DNA of 64,000 nt from Octopus vulgaris (lineage: Eukaryota): positions 23,312,001-23,376,000 of the forward strand of contig OX597831.1 of NCBI GenBank assembly GCA_951406725.2, written 5' to 3'. A program made the position numbers and the translations under genes. Shown piece after piece: positions 39,046 through 52,667 of the stretch (the first letter of the stretch is position 1; every line of letters starts with the position of its first letter). The notes under the pieces were generated by a model that saw nothing but the letters and a program-made list of their open reading frames with translations, was not told where the DNA came from and ran no database searches.

Positions 39046-40880
39046 TATCATCGTCATCATTTAACATCCGTTGTTCATGCTGGTATGGGTTGGATGGTTT
39101 GATTGGGCTGGCACGCTGGAAGGCTGCACCAGACTCCAGTCTGATTTGGCATGGTTTTCTACTGCCACACAACCTTCCTAATCCCAACCACTCTCAGAGT
39201 GTAATGGGTGCCCTTATGTACCACTGGCATGGGTGCCATTTGTATGACACCAGAGTGCATTTACATGCCACCAGCATGGGTGCCAATTTGCGTGACATCT
39301 GTGATTTTGCTTGGCTTGATGGATCTTCTTCTCAAGCACAACACAATGCCAGAGATCTTGGTCATTGCCTCTGTGAGTCCCAACACTTGAAAGAAACTGT
39401 GCCACTTTGCATCTGTGATGCCCAATGCTCAAGAGGAACTCAGACAGTTTGCCTCCGTGAGGCCCAACTTTCAAAAGTTGTGCTTTATGTGCCACCAGCA
39501 TGGATGCACTAGGCTTGATGGGTCCCCTCAAGCACAGCACATCGCCAAAGGTCTTGGTCACCAGTCATTACCTCTGTGAGGCTCAAAGACCATGCATCAC
39601 CACCTTGTCCCATATCTTCCTGGGTCTGCGTCTACCACAGGTTCCCTCCACTGTTAGAGATCAGCACTTCTTTACACAGCTGTCCTAGTCCATATACATC
39701 ACATAACCATACCAGGCGCAGGAGTGGCTGTGTGGTAAGTAGCTTGCTAACCAACCACATGGTTCCGGGTTCAGTCCCACTGCATGGCATCTTGGGCAAG
39801 TGTCTTCTGCTATAGCCCCGGGTCGACCAATGACTTGTGAGTGGATTTGGTAGACGGAAACTGAAAGAAGCCTGTCGTATATATGTATATATATATATAT
39901 GTGTGTGTGTGTGTTTGTGTGTCTGTGTTTGTCCCCTTAGCATTGCTTGACAACCAATGCTGGTGTGTTTACGTCCCCGTCACTTAGCGGTTCGGCAAAA
40001 GAGACCGATAGAATAAGTACAGGGCTTACAAAGAATAAGTCCCGGGGTCGATTTGCTCGACTAAAGGCGGTGCTCCAGCATGGCCACAGTCAAATTACTG
40101 AAACAAGTAAAAGAGTAAAAGAGTATACCAACACAGTCATCTCTCTTGCACAGCACATCTGATTCCTGTTATGCCTAACATTTCTCTCAAGATGCTTGCA
40201 CTCTGTTGAACATGCACACCGACATTTCACATCTGGCGGAGCATACTAGCTTCATTTCTTTCAACCTTATGCATGTCTTCAGCTGTTATAGCCCATGTTT
40301 CAGTGACATGCGGCATAGCTGTTTGCACACAAGCATCAAACAATCAACCTGTCACTCCGAGAGAGAGATGACCTTTGTTGCCAGGAGGGGTAGGAGTTCC
40401 CTGAACTTTGCCCAGTCTAATCTTATTCTCACAGCTATGCTCTCAGAGGCTTCACCTCCACTACTAACTTGGTCACCTAGATAAAGGAAGCTATCAACTA
40501 CCTCTAGCTTTCCCACCTGGCAGTTGATGGAGTCTATTTTCTGCACATTTTCATTGTTTATTGTCCTTGTGCACCTTCCACTTACAAAAGTTAGTTTCTC
40601 TATTAAACTTTCTCAGATGCCCATCTGGGTGCACCTTATGAAGTTTCTACCTACACCTTTTCTACAGATTGAGCAGGGCTGTCTCCCATAAGGGATTTGT
40701 AATTTGTCTGCCTTACCTTGCTTCCATACCTGGAGCTTCTTCACTAGTTCAAGAAGTGATTCAGCTACAAGAGCAAGTTCATTGGCATAGAGGAGTTCAC
40801 AGGGGCAGCCTGTTTTAATTTAATTCCTCTGTTATTGTCTGGAGGACTATGGTGAGCAAGAGGATCTGAGCACTGGAACT
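39046..40880 (-). mobile_element. Decayed RTE-clade LINE (RT C-half, C-terminus, 3' UTR, (GAT)n tail) interrupted by SINE A
   Basis: Minus-strand motifs GCPCELLYANELAL (degenerate YADD), LEVVDSFLYLGD...RIRLDWAKFREL, WYGYVM...GRRRPRKIW. Contains stops and frameshifts. Confidence 0.85.
39715..40124 (+). mobile_element. SINE family A, full length, with 6-bp TSD
   Basis: ATACCA at 39709-39714 and 40125-40130; removing the SINE rejoins the RTE sequence. Confidence 0.93.
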
Positions 40881-41009
40881 TGGTGAACACACACAGTCAC
40901 ACACACACATATAGGTGTGTATATGTATATACATATGTGTGTGTATTTATACATATTTATATATGTTTATATATGTGTATATATATATCTATATATATGT
41001 CTATATATA

Positions 41010-41041
<32 letters not shown>

Positions 41042-41062
41042 GGCATATATATATGTATATAC

Positions 41063-41099
<37 letters not shown>

Positions 41100-41799
41100 T
41101 CAACTTCATTGACCTGTTATTCTGAGTCTATCAAAACATCTCGTTTCCGTACATAATCGTCATTCCTATAATGAAGTTTGATTAGTGTAAATTTAATGAG
41201 CTCCCAGCATTTCCATGTAATGCAACACAAATGAAGCAAAAAGGAGACAAAAACCAAAAACCAAAAAAAAAAAAACACAGACTAAATATGAGTTCTAATA
41301 CAAATATAGATGAAAACAAAAATAATACAAAAAAAAATTTTTTAAACTCACAAAAACAAGCAAGTTTAATATTGTATTACTTAAGTAGTTTGATTGATAC
41401 AGATAAATTCAAATGAAATGATTGGTTTCTGTATAGTTTGGCACAGAATTTGTATGATTTCCTTAGCCAATATCTTCCGTTTAAAATTGTAATTCGTTTT
41501 CGAAAGTAATTGAAATTTCAATGGACATTTGAAAATCGGATTCGTCATTAAGTCAGGAATGAAATGTTATTGTAACCACTCAAATAATTCGACCGTTAGA
41601 ACAGGTTTCAGGTGAAAATCATTGAATCTTTGAGAAATGGTGGTTGCTAGTGTTGTTGTTTTGCTGTGGTTGTTCATGGAAGCCATTGTCAACTTACTGG
41701 CTCTTGTAGATTTGCAGAAGCATTGAAACAGTAGTTCTCAACCATATTTTTGTCTTTGGACTCCTTTTATTCAACTGTTACTCCACTGGACCCTCATTG

Positions 41800-42393
41800 C
41801 AATTCGGTCATTTGGAATGCTCACAGCAGCCATATTCCTACCGCTCTATGTCATGCTGGTGAGACCCATATTGGAGTACAGGATTCAAGCCTCTTCTCCT
41901 TATCTCCTCAAAGACATACGTTATCTCAAAAGAGTCCAGAAGCTGGCTACCCACATGGTTCTTGGTCTCAAGCATTTGTCTTATGAAGAAAGGCTGAAGA
42001 CGCTTGACCTTTATTCTCTAGAAAAACGACGAAGCCGTGGTGATCTCATTCTTGCTCACAACATCATAAGCAGAAAGTGTAACCTCTCGAAAGAGCTGTT
42101 CTTCACTCCTGCTCCAGAGCATCGGCTGCAGGGTCACTCCAAAAAGCTCTATCTGCGACGATTTTGTCTCAATCGAAGGAGAAGGGCTTTCTCCATCCGG
42201 GTTGTGGATCCGTGGAATAAAATGCCAGACAAGATAGTGAAGATGCCGACGACCGCTCAGTTCAAAGTCTCTCTTGACCAGAAATGGCCTGAACTCTTTG
42301 TATGAACACTCTCCCTGTACATAACTCCATGTCCCCCTACATGGCCTTGCTTTTTGCTTTTTGAGCCAAATTAAATTAACTAACTTAACTAAC
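41800..42393 (+). mobile_element. CR1/L2-group LINE 3' fragment (ORF2 C-terminus, short 3' UTR, (TAAC)n tail)
   Basis: ORF 41817-42305 reads LYVMLVRPILEY...SPYLLKDI..LKRVQKLAT..V.GLKHLSYEERLKTLDLYSLEKRR.RGDLI...FSIRVV.PWN.P. Inserted in a cagtagttctcaacc (hAT-like) repeat. Confidence 0.9.
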
Positions 42394-42450
42394 AATGTTT
42401 AAAAAAACAAAATCCTGTTATATTCTTATAATTAAATATCATTTGGAATT

Positions 42451-43409
42451 ATAGGTGTGACAGTGTGGTAAGAAGCTTGCTTCTCAACCTCATTGTTCCA
42501 GGTTCAGTCCAGGTGTGTGACACCTTGGGCAAGTGTCTGTATAGCCTTGGACTGACCAAAGCCTTGCAAGCAGATTTGTTACACGGAAACTGAAAGAAGC
42601 TCATCGTGTATATATATACATATATTCTTTTATTCTTTTACTTGTGTCAGTCATTTGACTGCGGCCATGCTGGAGCACTGCCTTTAGTTGAACAAATCGA
42701 CCCCAGTACCTATTCTTTGTTAGCCTAGTACTTATTCTATCAGTTTCTATTGCCGAACTGCTAGGTTACGGGTACATAAACACACCAGCATTAGTTGTCA
42801 ATCGATGGTGGGGGGACAAACACAGACACACACATACAAATATATTGACATGGTTATGGTCAGCCTGAGGCTATAGCAAAAGACACTTACCCAAGATGCC
42901 ATGCAGCAGGACTAAACCCAGAACCATATAGTTGTTTTGCAATGGAAGGCAAGGTTTATGATATCGGAGGAACATCATTTCTTTCTTGTTCTTTATGTAG
43001 TCCAGGCATTCGGCAGGTGAAGAGAAAAGACTTCCAGCATAAATGCTATTTACAACTGGTTTATTTACAGGAAAGGTGAAGTGTGCTGCTCTCAGCTACC
43101 ATCTTAAACTCCTATAGTGTGAGTGCATTAGCCACTGGAGACAGACAGGCAGAAAACTCTGCCAGAGTTCGTGTTCAGCCAATGCTGCTGTGTAAATGGT
43201 GCCAAAAGAGGCTGGTCTGAATCGGCTTCCTGTTTATATAGTTTTCTCCATCGCAAGCCTCGTTGTGATCTCGCGTATGGCAAATGGATGCAGGTGAGGT
43301 CTCGCTCCAGTCTTGGTGATGGCAATGACTGCCGCGAGATCTCATCCAATATGGTACTGGCTGTTTGTGCTGCTACAGTTGGAAAGCAAGCTTCTTACCA
43401 TTGCTGCAC

Positions 43410-43410
<1 letters not shown>
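42451..43410. mobile_element. Two opposed SINE A copies (42451-42610 plus; 42625-43410 minus, split by a solo LTR)
   Basis: Family A motifs; the minus copy continues at 43378. Confidence 0.8.
42933..43377 (-). mobile_element. Probable solo LTR (445 bp)
   Basis: TG...CA ends (minus strand TGTAGCA...TGCAAAACA). Minus-strand TATATAAA at 43233-43240 precedes AATAAA at 43060-43065. It cleanly interrupts a SINE. Confidence 0.65.
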
Positions 43411-43454
<44 letters not shown>

Positions 43455-43559
43455 AACAATTGAGGATAAAATGTTTAAAAGAAGTTATCAGTAGTTAGCG
43501 TGAAAAACCTCGTAAGAGAAAAAAATCCGTAAATTTTTCCACTTTGAAAATATTTATTC

Positions 43560-43822
43560 ATATTATATTGAGGGTACTACTATTTGTAGATACCACACGC
43601 TAAGAGGGACCAATGCGGTCAAAACTACTAAAATAAACAAAATTTTACCGAATGCAAAACTTCAAAGCAAATCATTTAAAAAAAGAATTGTAACTAAATT
43701 CTTTTTTTAAATGATTTGCTTTGAAGTTTTGCATTGGGTAAAATTTTGTTTATTTTAGTAGTTTTGACTGCATTGGTCCCTCTTAGCGTGTGGTATCTAC
43801 GAATAGTAGTACCCTCAATATA

Positions 43823-43826
<4 letters not shown>
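43560..43826. mobile_element. Near-perfect fold-back element in (TA)n
   Basis: 130-bp arms with few mismatches and a 7-nt loop (43690-43696). Confidence 0.85.
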
Positions 43827-43883
<57 letters not shown>

Positions 43884-44512
43884 TTCATATTTGTTTACAC
43901 ATAAGCAAACATTCTATATGCTTTTGGTGAAGCTATAGTAGAAGACACTTGCCCAAGGTACCATGCAGTGGGACTGAACCCAGAACCAAGTGGTTGGGAA
44001 GCAAGCTTCTTACCACATAGCCACACCTGCACCTGCATAATATCAATAATATGTGAAGTATTAGGATTCAAAATAATCAGGCCTTCTCATCACACCAAAT
44101 TTGCAGTTGTGTTCCCATACTAACATTGAACATTACTTGTTCATTTTTCTGCAGAACATGGGAAACGTGTTTTTGCCTCGTTGAGACATCATCAGTATAA
44201 ATTGCTGAAATGGTAGCTACTGTATCTCCTCAAAAATAACTAGAAATGACTGCTTGTTGATGTTGAAACATGTCAGAGATGTCATGTTTTAGACTCCTTC
44301 CTTAATTTGAATCTCTGCCTACATCCCAGTGCATCATCTTTTAAGCAACTACTATTATGAACACTGTCCCTTATTGAGCAAAGGCAATTCACTTATGGAA
44401 CCGATGTTGTGATTCTTGTTGACATTTTTGATTGTATTCCCAGAACAAAAGAAACATATCACTAAAGATTATTCAAATTGCTATCTCTTCTCATTTCTCT
44501 ATACATATATGA

Positions 44513-44609
<97 letters not shown>

Positions 44610-44699
44610 TATATATATATATATATATGAAGTTTAGCAACTAAAAATTCATAGATTCTTATCTCAGTTTCATTTGGGAAATCTGCATTCGTGTTTTGA

Positions 44700-45080
44700 T
44701 TTCTCCCAGACTTGATGAAAGTAAATCTTTGTTTGTTGGCCTCTCAATAGGCCAAATATGCAAACAAAATACAATCTGTTGAGAAGCACTGCATTTCAAT
44801 CATCTGTTTAATAATATGCAGAGTCAGGCAAATACTAAAGGTTGTTATGTATATCTTCCCTGGATCAAATATTGATCAGAGAATATCCACCAAATCCTAT
44901 CTATTAACGATACATAAACGTCTCTATACCATTGGCTGGTTGCGATTTCTAATCTACATTGCATTTGGGATTTACTGGATAGACAAAATGTCACATTCAA
45001 ATTCAGCAATAAGGTGGGACTTCTCTTCTTGGTTGCACAACCTCGCCATCCCAGGATATAGAAAATATCTCATTTTTTGA
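44700..45080 (+). mobile_element. Possible very old RTE-like LINE fragment
   Basis: Frameshifted traces of VGLSI..K, YL.GSNI and ..IW motifs. Another possible RTE C-terminal relic on the minus strand at about 45800-46300. Confidence 0.3.
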
Positions 45081-45313
45081 TTGTTGATGTCCATTCGTTT
45101 AGTTTGGTTCAATTGTCACATCAAGCACTTTATTATTCAGTCATTTCTACTCTGAAAACAATTGCATCTGCCATTAGGTACCAGTTATGTACTGCAGTCG
45201 ATCAAATTGACTGGCCCCCTCCCCCAAAATTTCGGGCCTTGTGCCTAGAGTGGAAAAGATACATATATACATATATATACATATATATGCATATATATGT
45301 ATATATATGTATA

Positions 45314-45392
<79 letters not shown>

Positions 45393-45627
45393 TTCTTTAC
45401 TACCCACAAGGGGCTAAACACAGAGGGGACAAACAAGGACAGACAAACGGATTAAGTCAAGTACATCGACCCCAGTGCGTAACTGGTACTTAATTTATCG
45501 ACCCTGAAAGGATGAAGGGCAAAGTCGACCTCGGCTGAATTTTATCTCAGAACGTAGCGCCAGACTTATGTATATATATGTATATGCATACATATATATG
45601 TATGTATACATTTATATATATGCACAT

Positions 45628-45737
<110 letters not shown>

Positions 45738-46351
45738 ACATACTCACACATACACACGCACACACACATATCTACCTATAATAATAAATATCAATTACCT
45801 ACCCAGCAAATAAATCATCTTACTCTTGCAAACATGAAGAAATAAATATAAACCATCTCTTCTGTCTTCCTTCCTCTGATTATCCAGTTTCCTACCTTGA
45901 AAAATTTGATGCACCATATAAATAATATTTAGAAATTTATCAACACATGAGTTATTTTGCCATATAGCTTCCTCTTTGTTTCTGATATCAAGATTTTTAT
46001 TCTTTAACCTCATTAATCAATCCTGAATATCATGTTCTTTGATGGTTCTTTAAACTAGTCTGTCTTGACACGAGTGATGTTTCGTTTTCTTATTCTACTC
46101 TATAACTCATCTCTATTTTGCGTACATATACAGGTTTCAAATTTTTAGACATTGCTCTTCCAAATTCGTATCAAATTTACAATAGATGACAAAATTTATG
46201 TGTATAAATTTATCACATGTATTCAAACTATCTGTTGTTCTAGAAAAGCTTTATTTTAATCATCATTTGTTGTATTGCTGAAGCCGTCTCATTGATAAGC
46301 TATTTGACTCTCTGTTTTGCTGTACCTCATTTTCGTATGTTCTTATATCTG

Positions 46352-46422
<71 letters not shown>

Positions 46423-46603
46423 GTCTGAGTATATGTATGTGTATGTTTATTTATATGTATGTGTATGAATACATACATACATACATACATATACATATAT
46501 ATATATATATATAAATAAAAGAACTTACTGTGGACAAGGCAGCATGACGTTCGATTATAAATGGATAAAAAATTGACATTAAGTACATAATGTGTATTTT
46601 TTG

Positions 46604-46653
<50 letters not shown>

Positions 46654-46858
46654 AGTATAAGTGTATGTAAGTATATATATGTATATATTTTAATATATAT
46701 ATATATATGTATGTATAAATGTATGTAAGTATATATATATATGTATATATGTTAATATATATATATGTATATATAAATGTATGTAAGTATATATATGTAT
46801 ATATTTTAAAATATATATGTATAAATGTATGTGGGCATATATATATGTATATATTTTA

Positions 46859-46889
<31 letters not shown>

Positions 46890-47508
46890 CACATACACAC
46901 ACACACATATATAAAGATAGATAAATAGATATATAAATAGATATACACACACATATATATACTCATTAATACACATATATATATATATGTATGCATGTAT
47001 GAATTATGTATCTATGTATGCATATATGTATATGTGCATGCATGAGAGTGAGTGTATAGATATATGCATATATGTATGTACAACAGGCTATTAAAACTGT
47101 AATTAAACAAAAGTGAAATATATATCTGTATATACTATATATACTCACAGTCACACACATATTTATAGGCATGATATTATATATACAGTTATCATTTTCC
47201 ATTTATTAAGATAATGATTTTAGTTGGTGATGAAGGAAAGAAAACAGGAAATGTTTAAAGAAAATATTTTTGACAAATTTAATAACATTTTCTCTATTTA
47301 ATTAATATTTAAAACGTGAGAATATTTTCATTGACTGCAGCCACCTCCTGCCCTTTAATGAAACAAAATAAATATCAGATGAAAGTTGAGATAAAATTGA
47401 TAAATTGATAAATTGATAACTTGTGAAATATTTATAAAGGAAATTTTAATTTTCTATGTCAGATTTTCAAACTGAATAAAACATTTCTGTCACACCAGAA
47501 TAAATGTT

Positions 47509-47562
47509 TAATAATAATAATAGTAATAATAATAATAACAACAATAATAATAATAATAATAA

Positions 47563-47630
<68 letters not shown>

Positions 47631-47646
47631 TAATAATGATAATAAT
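47509..47646. repeat. (AAT)n microsatellite
   Basis: Direct inspection. Confidence 0.95.
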
Positions 47647-47742
47647 ATATATATATATATATACATATATGAATTCAGTTTGTTATCCATTATTTGGATG
47701 GACTTGTAGAATTGTTAATGACTTTTAAAATACACACACACA

Positions 47743-47782
<40 letters not shown>

Positions 47783-47825
47783 TAAGCATATCCTGTGTAA
47801 AGTTAAGAAGTGGTGATGAGTAAAA

Positions 47826-48089
47826 ATTCTGTGAATATAATTATAAGCTTAAGTTTATAAGCATTCACCATATATTGGCTATAGAAAATAGTCTAATATT
47901 GGCTCATACAAGTAATTGATGGGGAAAAAATTAGGTATTAACAAGCAAGGTGTGGGTTCAATTCTCACTAGTACTAATATCCATTTTTCTGTCCATCTAG
48001 GGCTTATATGCCCCAATATTAGACTATTTTCTATAGCCAATATACACTGAATTCTTATAAGCTCAAGCTTATGTTTATAATTGCAGAAT

Positions 48090-48090
<1 letters not shown>
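47826..48090. mobile_element. Inverted-repeat element with B-box-like sequence in the spacer
   Basis: Arms of ~80 bp (tatattggctatagaaaatagtctaatattgg and its reverse complement). Spacer contains gtgggttcaattctcac. Flanked by (TG)n and (CA)n. Confidence 0.7.
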
Positions 48091-48166
<76 letters not shown>

Positions 48167-48769
48167 TATGGCGTTAGGAAGGGCATCCAGCCGTAGAAAC
48201 ACTGCCAGATTTGACTGGGCCTGATGAAGCCTTCTGGCTTCACAGACCCCAGTAGAACCGTCCAACCCATGCTAGCATGGAAAACGGACGCTAAACGATG
48301 ATGATGATGATGATGATATATATATATATATATATATCATATATATAATGTATGTATATATTGGTGCAGGCGTGGCTGTCTGGTAAGAAGCTTCCTTTCC
48401 AGCCACATGGTTCAGGGTTCAGTCCCACTATGTGGCACTTTGGGCAAGTGTATTCTACTATAGCCTCAGGCTGATCAAAGCCTTGTGAGTGGATTTGGTA
48501 GACGGAAACTGAAGAAGTCCATTGTATATGTGTGTGTGTGAGTCTATTTGTGTTTGTCCTCCACCATTGCTTGACAATAGTTGGATATCCAGATATGCTA
48601 ATATATATTTGGATGATAAACTTTTGGAAAGTTTTACAGATTTTTACTGTTCCAGTGATGGATTGGATTTGTAGTCTTTGAATTAGCTTTTTTTCTTTCT
48701 GGTTTTGAGAAGCTTAATTCCTTAAGACTGATATTTAGGCAGTGTGTTATGTATGTACGTATGTATGTG

Positions 48770-48801
<32 letters not shown>

Positions 48802-48837
48802 TGTATGTATGTATGTATGTATGTATGTATGTATGTA

Positions 48838-48874
<37 letters not shown>

Positions 48875-48895
48875 ATGTACATACATACACTTTTG

Positions 48896-49180
48896 CTGAG
48901 GATTCTTAACACAGTAAGGCACCAGGCATGTCAGTCCTTTGTCTTCTCACCCGAAAGGTTCGGTGTTCTGAGGTTGTCCTTCAGCACTTCATCCCATGAC
49001 TTCCTGGGTCTCCCAGATTGCCACTCTTTCATGGAACTGTCAGCATCCATCCTCATCACATTACCAAACCAGTGCAGTCTTCTCTCATGCACACAGCAAC
49101 TAATTCCTCTTATGACTAATTTCTCTCTCAATATGCTGGCACTCTGTTGAATATGTACTCTTACACTACACAGCCAGTGG
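48896..49180 (-). mobile_element. RTE LINE C-terminal fragment
   Basis: REKLVIRGISCCVHERRLHWFGNVMRMD...GRPRKSWDEVLK. Confidence 0.85.
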
Positions 49181-49187
49181 AACTATA

Positions 49188-49802
49188 CAGGGTGGCTCAA
49201 AAGAAGGATTATAGTTATTCAACTATGTCTTTCACATTCATATCTCTTTTACTTGTTTCAGTCATTTGACTGCGGCCATGCTGGAGCACCGCCTATAGTC
49301 AAGCAAGTCGACCCCAGGACTTATTCGTTGTAAGCCTAGTACTTATTCTATTGGTCACTTTTGCCGAACCGCTAAGTTACGAGGACGTATACACACCAGC
49401 ATCAGTTCTCAAGTGATGGTGGGGGGACAAACACAGACACACAAACGTATACACACACACATGCACACATATATATACATATATACGATGAGCTTCTTTC
49501 AGTTTCCGTCTACCAAATCCACTCACAAGGCTTTGATCGGCCCGAAGCTATAGTAGAAGACACTTGCCCAAGGTGCCATGCAGTGGGACTGAACCTGGAA
49601 CCATGTGGTTTGTAAGCAAGTTACTTACCACACAGCCACTCCTATATTAACAGTTTAGATCTTAATTATAAAAAAAAAATGAAGCCATTATTCTATGCTA
49701 ATTTAGTTAATTGTAAGATAGAAATTTAAATGTAATAAAATGTTTTAAAAGAAATTTTAAGTGCCTATATGATAACTGTAAACCTACTTTTGGGCCATCC
49801 TA
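49188..49802. mobile_element. Tc1/mariner-type MITE with TA TSD, interrupted by SINE A (49243-49643, minus)
   Basis: TIRs cagggtggctcaaaagaaggattatagttat / ataactgtaaacctacttttgggccatccta, each flanked by TA. Confidence 0.75.
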
Positions 49803-50670
49803 TATATACACGTGTGTGTATGGGTGTGTGTATAATACATATATTTTAAACTGAAACTTATCATTATGACACTCTGGGGTTCACGTCTAATGAATACTCG
49901 AACAATAGAAATGAAACAACAGGTGTTTATAGAAGAAATGAAACAAAAAGCTGCTGACCTTGAGATGCCTGTTAGCAAACGAAAATTTTCTATTTGTTTG
50001 GAACATCAAACACATAAAAGAAGGCTGTCTAGTGTTCAGCATTTTATTATTTTGAAAAATTTCAATAAAAATTTCAGTTTATGGTACGAAGAAGATATAA
50101 AACTTTGAAGCTTTTCTGTGGAACTGCATCGTTTTTCTTGAAAATATAAAGATTACAATCATCTTTATTCTAAGCGTAAGGTTTAAAATATTTTGATATC
50201 TTACAAATGATTTTATGCCTCTGATATTGTCATTTGTTAAACATCAGATATATGTATTGACAAATTTGTGTGAAAACATCTTTTGCTCACTTAAAGGGAT
50301 TTTGCAGTTAACTTGAGATAATCCTTAGAAGCTGCAGCATCAAGCTGTAAATTCTTCTAAACAATAAACTATAAATTTTGAAAGACAAATTATTAAATGG
50401 AAATTTTGCTCAATTATAAAATGCCATTAAATTATCTTAACCTTACACAAAGCATCACCTTTTCCAATATAGGTAAATTTAATGAGCAATAATGATATGG
50501 CTAATAACGATTTTAGCTATAATGTAATTTGAAATTGCAATTCATAAAATTGATTACCCTTTAGATGGGAATTAATTAATGACTTGGTATATAAATATAT
50601 AGTTAGAGCCACCCAATAATTACTAAAAGATATAAAGGCTTAAAAGCCTATCTGTTTAACGGTTTGATTT

Positions 50671-50707
<37 letters not shown>

Positions 50708-50839
50708 GCACACACTCTCTCTCTCTCTCTCCTATTTTAGAATCCAGCTTTAAGGAATATTACTCCTCTTTTAGTATTCATCTAGCGTCTGAATGACAGT
50801 AACATTCAATATGGAGTGTAATGAAAAATTTGGGTTTAA

Positions 50840-51407
50840 CTCTCTAGTATTCAGATTGTTTTTTCAAATGTAATACATATTAATTGGTATTGTTTTGAAT
50901 TAATCAAGCATTATCTTGTTGCTTTGAGATTTTGATGATGATTAGCACCAGGCTCCAATCTGATCCGGTAGAGTTTCTACGGCTGGATGCCCTTCCTAAT
51001 GCCAACCACTCCGAGAGTGTAGTGGGTGCTTTTACATGCTACCAGCACGAGGGCCAGTCAGGTGGTACTGGCAATGGCCATGCTCAAATGGTGTTTTTTA
51101 TGTGTCACCTGCACAAGAGCCAGTCCAGCAGCACTGGAAATGACCTTGCTCAAATGTTTTTTCACATGTCACCAGCACAAGTGCCAGTAAGGCAACGCTG
51201 GTAATGATAACAATGGAATGGTGCTTTTTACATACCACCGGCATGGAAGCCAGTTAGCTGCTCTGGCAATGATCATGCTCGGCTGATATAATTGTTTATT
51301 TCTAGAATGACATTGCAGGGTAGATAGGAGAGGCCTGACCTGGCCAATTTCAACATAAAACATGTAGAAAAATTTGACCGGATAAGAGCAGTTTAAATGC
51401 TAAAGGG
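50840..51407. mobile_element. piggyBac-type MITE (TTAA TSD) interrupted by family C repeat
   Basis: TTAA at 50836-50839 and 51408-51411. Ends ctctctagtatt / aatgctaaaggg. The right part recurs at about 30505-30633. Confidence 0.65.
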
Positions 51408-51789
51408 TTAAGCAGAATCTTTTATTGGAAATGAAAGCACTCATATTTCATGTGCCACTGAAGAAGAGGAATCCCTTTTTACTTAAGATTCAGTTATCAA
51501 ATAATAGAAATGAAACAACGGGTGTTTATACAAGAAATGGAACAAAAAGCTTCTGAGCTTGAGATGCCTGTTTAGAAGTTTCATCCTAAGTATTTAAAGT
51601 TTTATATCTTCTTGGTACCATAAATTGAGGAGTGAGTTCGAGTCTCATAGCTGGCCACCAACACTTTTTCTGCAAAATAGGGGTAGCTTATCCTGTTCAG
51701 GGTATATTATTAGCATTATTTTTGCTTTTGAGAATTGACATACCATACTGACATCACATCTTTAGGATGTATCCAAATATATAATATTT

Positions 51790-52445
51790 TTATTTGATAT
51801 TTAATTCTAGAATATTTAAAGAAGTGATTTTAAATTCTCAAACGCTGGATAATGCTATTAATATAGCCTGAATAGGATAAGCTACCCCTATTTTGCAGAA
51901 AAGTGTTGGCAGCCGGCTATGAAACTCAAACTCACACCCCTGTGATTATGCATTGCAGTTCTCTGAGTGTCTCATAAAGCGAGATATCTATATATCTTAA
52001 ATTTGCGGAAGAATTTGTGGTGTGGGCGGTGTAGCTTAATGGTTCAAAGGTGGCGAGCTGGCAGAAACGTTAGCACGCCGGGCGAAATGCGTAGCCGTAT
52101 TTCGTCTGTCATTACGTTGCGAGTTCAAATTCCGCCGAGGTCGACTTTGCCTTTCATCCTTTCGGGGTCGATAAATTAAGTACCAGTTACGCACTGGGGT
52201 CGATGTAATTGACTTAATACCTATGTATGTCCTTGTTTGTCCCCTCTATGTTTAGCCCCTTGTGGGTAGTAAAGAAATAAATGGTTCAGAGTACCGCGAC
52301 ACATAATCATGGAGGTGTGAGTTCGAGTCTCAATGCCGGTCGCCAACACCTTTTTCTGCCAAATAGGGTTGGCTTATCCTGTTCAGGCTATATTATTTGC
52401 TTTATCCTGCGTTTGAGAATTTAAAATCACTTCTTTAATTTTCTA
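51790..52445. mobile_element. Head-to-head pair of tRNA-Met-like-headed elements; the plus copy is interrupted by SINE B
   Basis: 51790-51966 (minus) is the reverse complement of about 52286-52445. A third partial copy lies at 51626-51720 (plus). Confidence 0.75.
52047..52279 (+). mobile_element. SINE family B, full-length young copy with 9-bp TSD
   Basis: AATGGTTCA at 52038-52046 and 52280-52288. CpG-rich, with a tRNA-like head and the central gcctttcatcctttcggggtcgataaa motif. Confidence 0.92.
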
Positions 52446-52667
52446 AGGCATCTCAACACTTCTAAAGCAAACGTCGCTTGTTTGTTTATGCTCATTGTAA
52501 TTTGAATTTAGAGTATTCAAATTTCCCTTATGTACAAAGTGGTGACTAAGAATTGGGATTATGACTGCCATGTTTGAGCATTTATTTACACCTAGAATTA
52601 GGCACATTATTTTCATTTTCCATGAGTAAAGATATTCATTTATTTGTTTATATATGTATATGTATGT

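Noticed and set aside
41817-42305. 162-aa ORF as a host gene
   Set aside because: It is the C-terminus of a 5'-truncated CR1/L2-group LINE ORF2, with no RT catalytic core.
52024-52345. Functional tRNA-Met gene
   Set aside because: Interrupted by a SINE, stems pair poorly, and it belongs to a repeated element.
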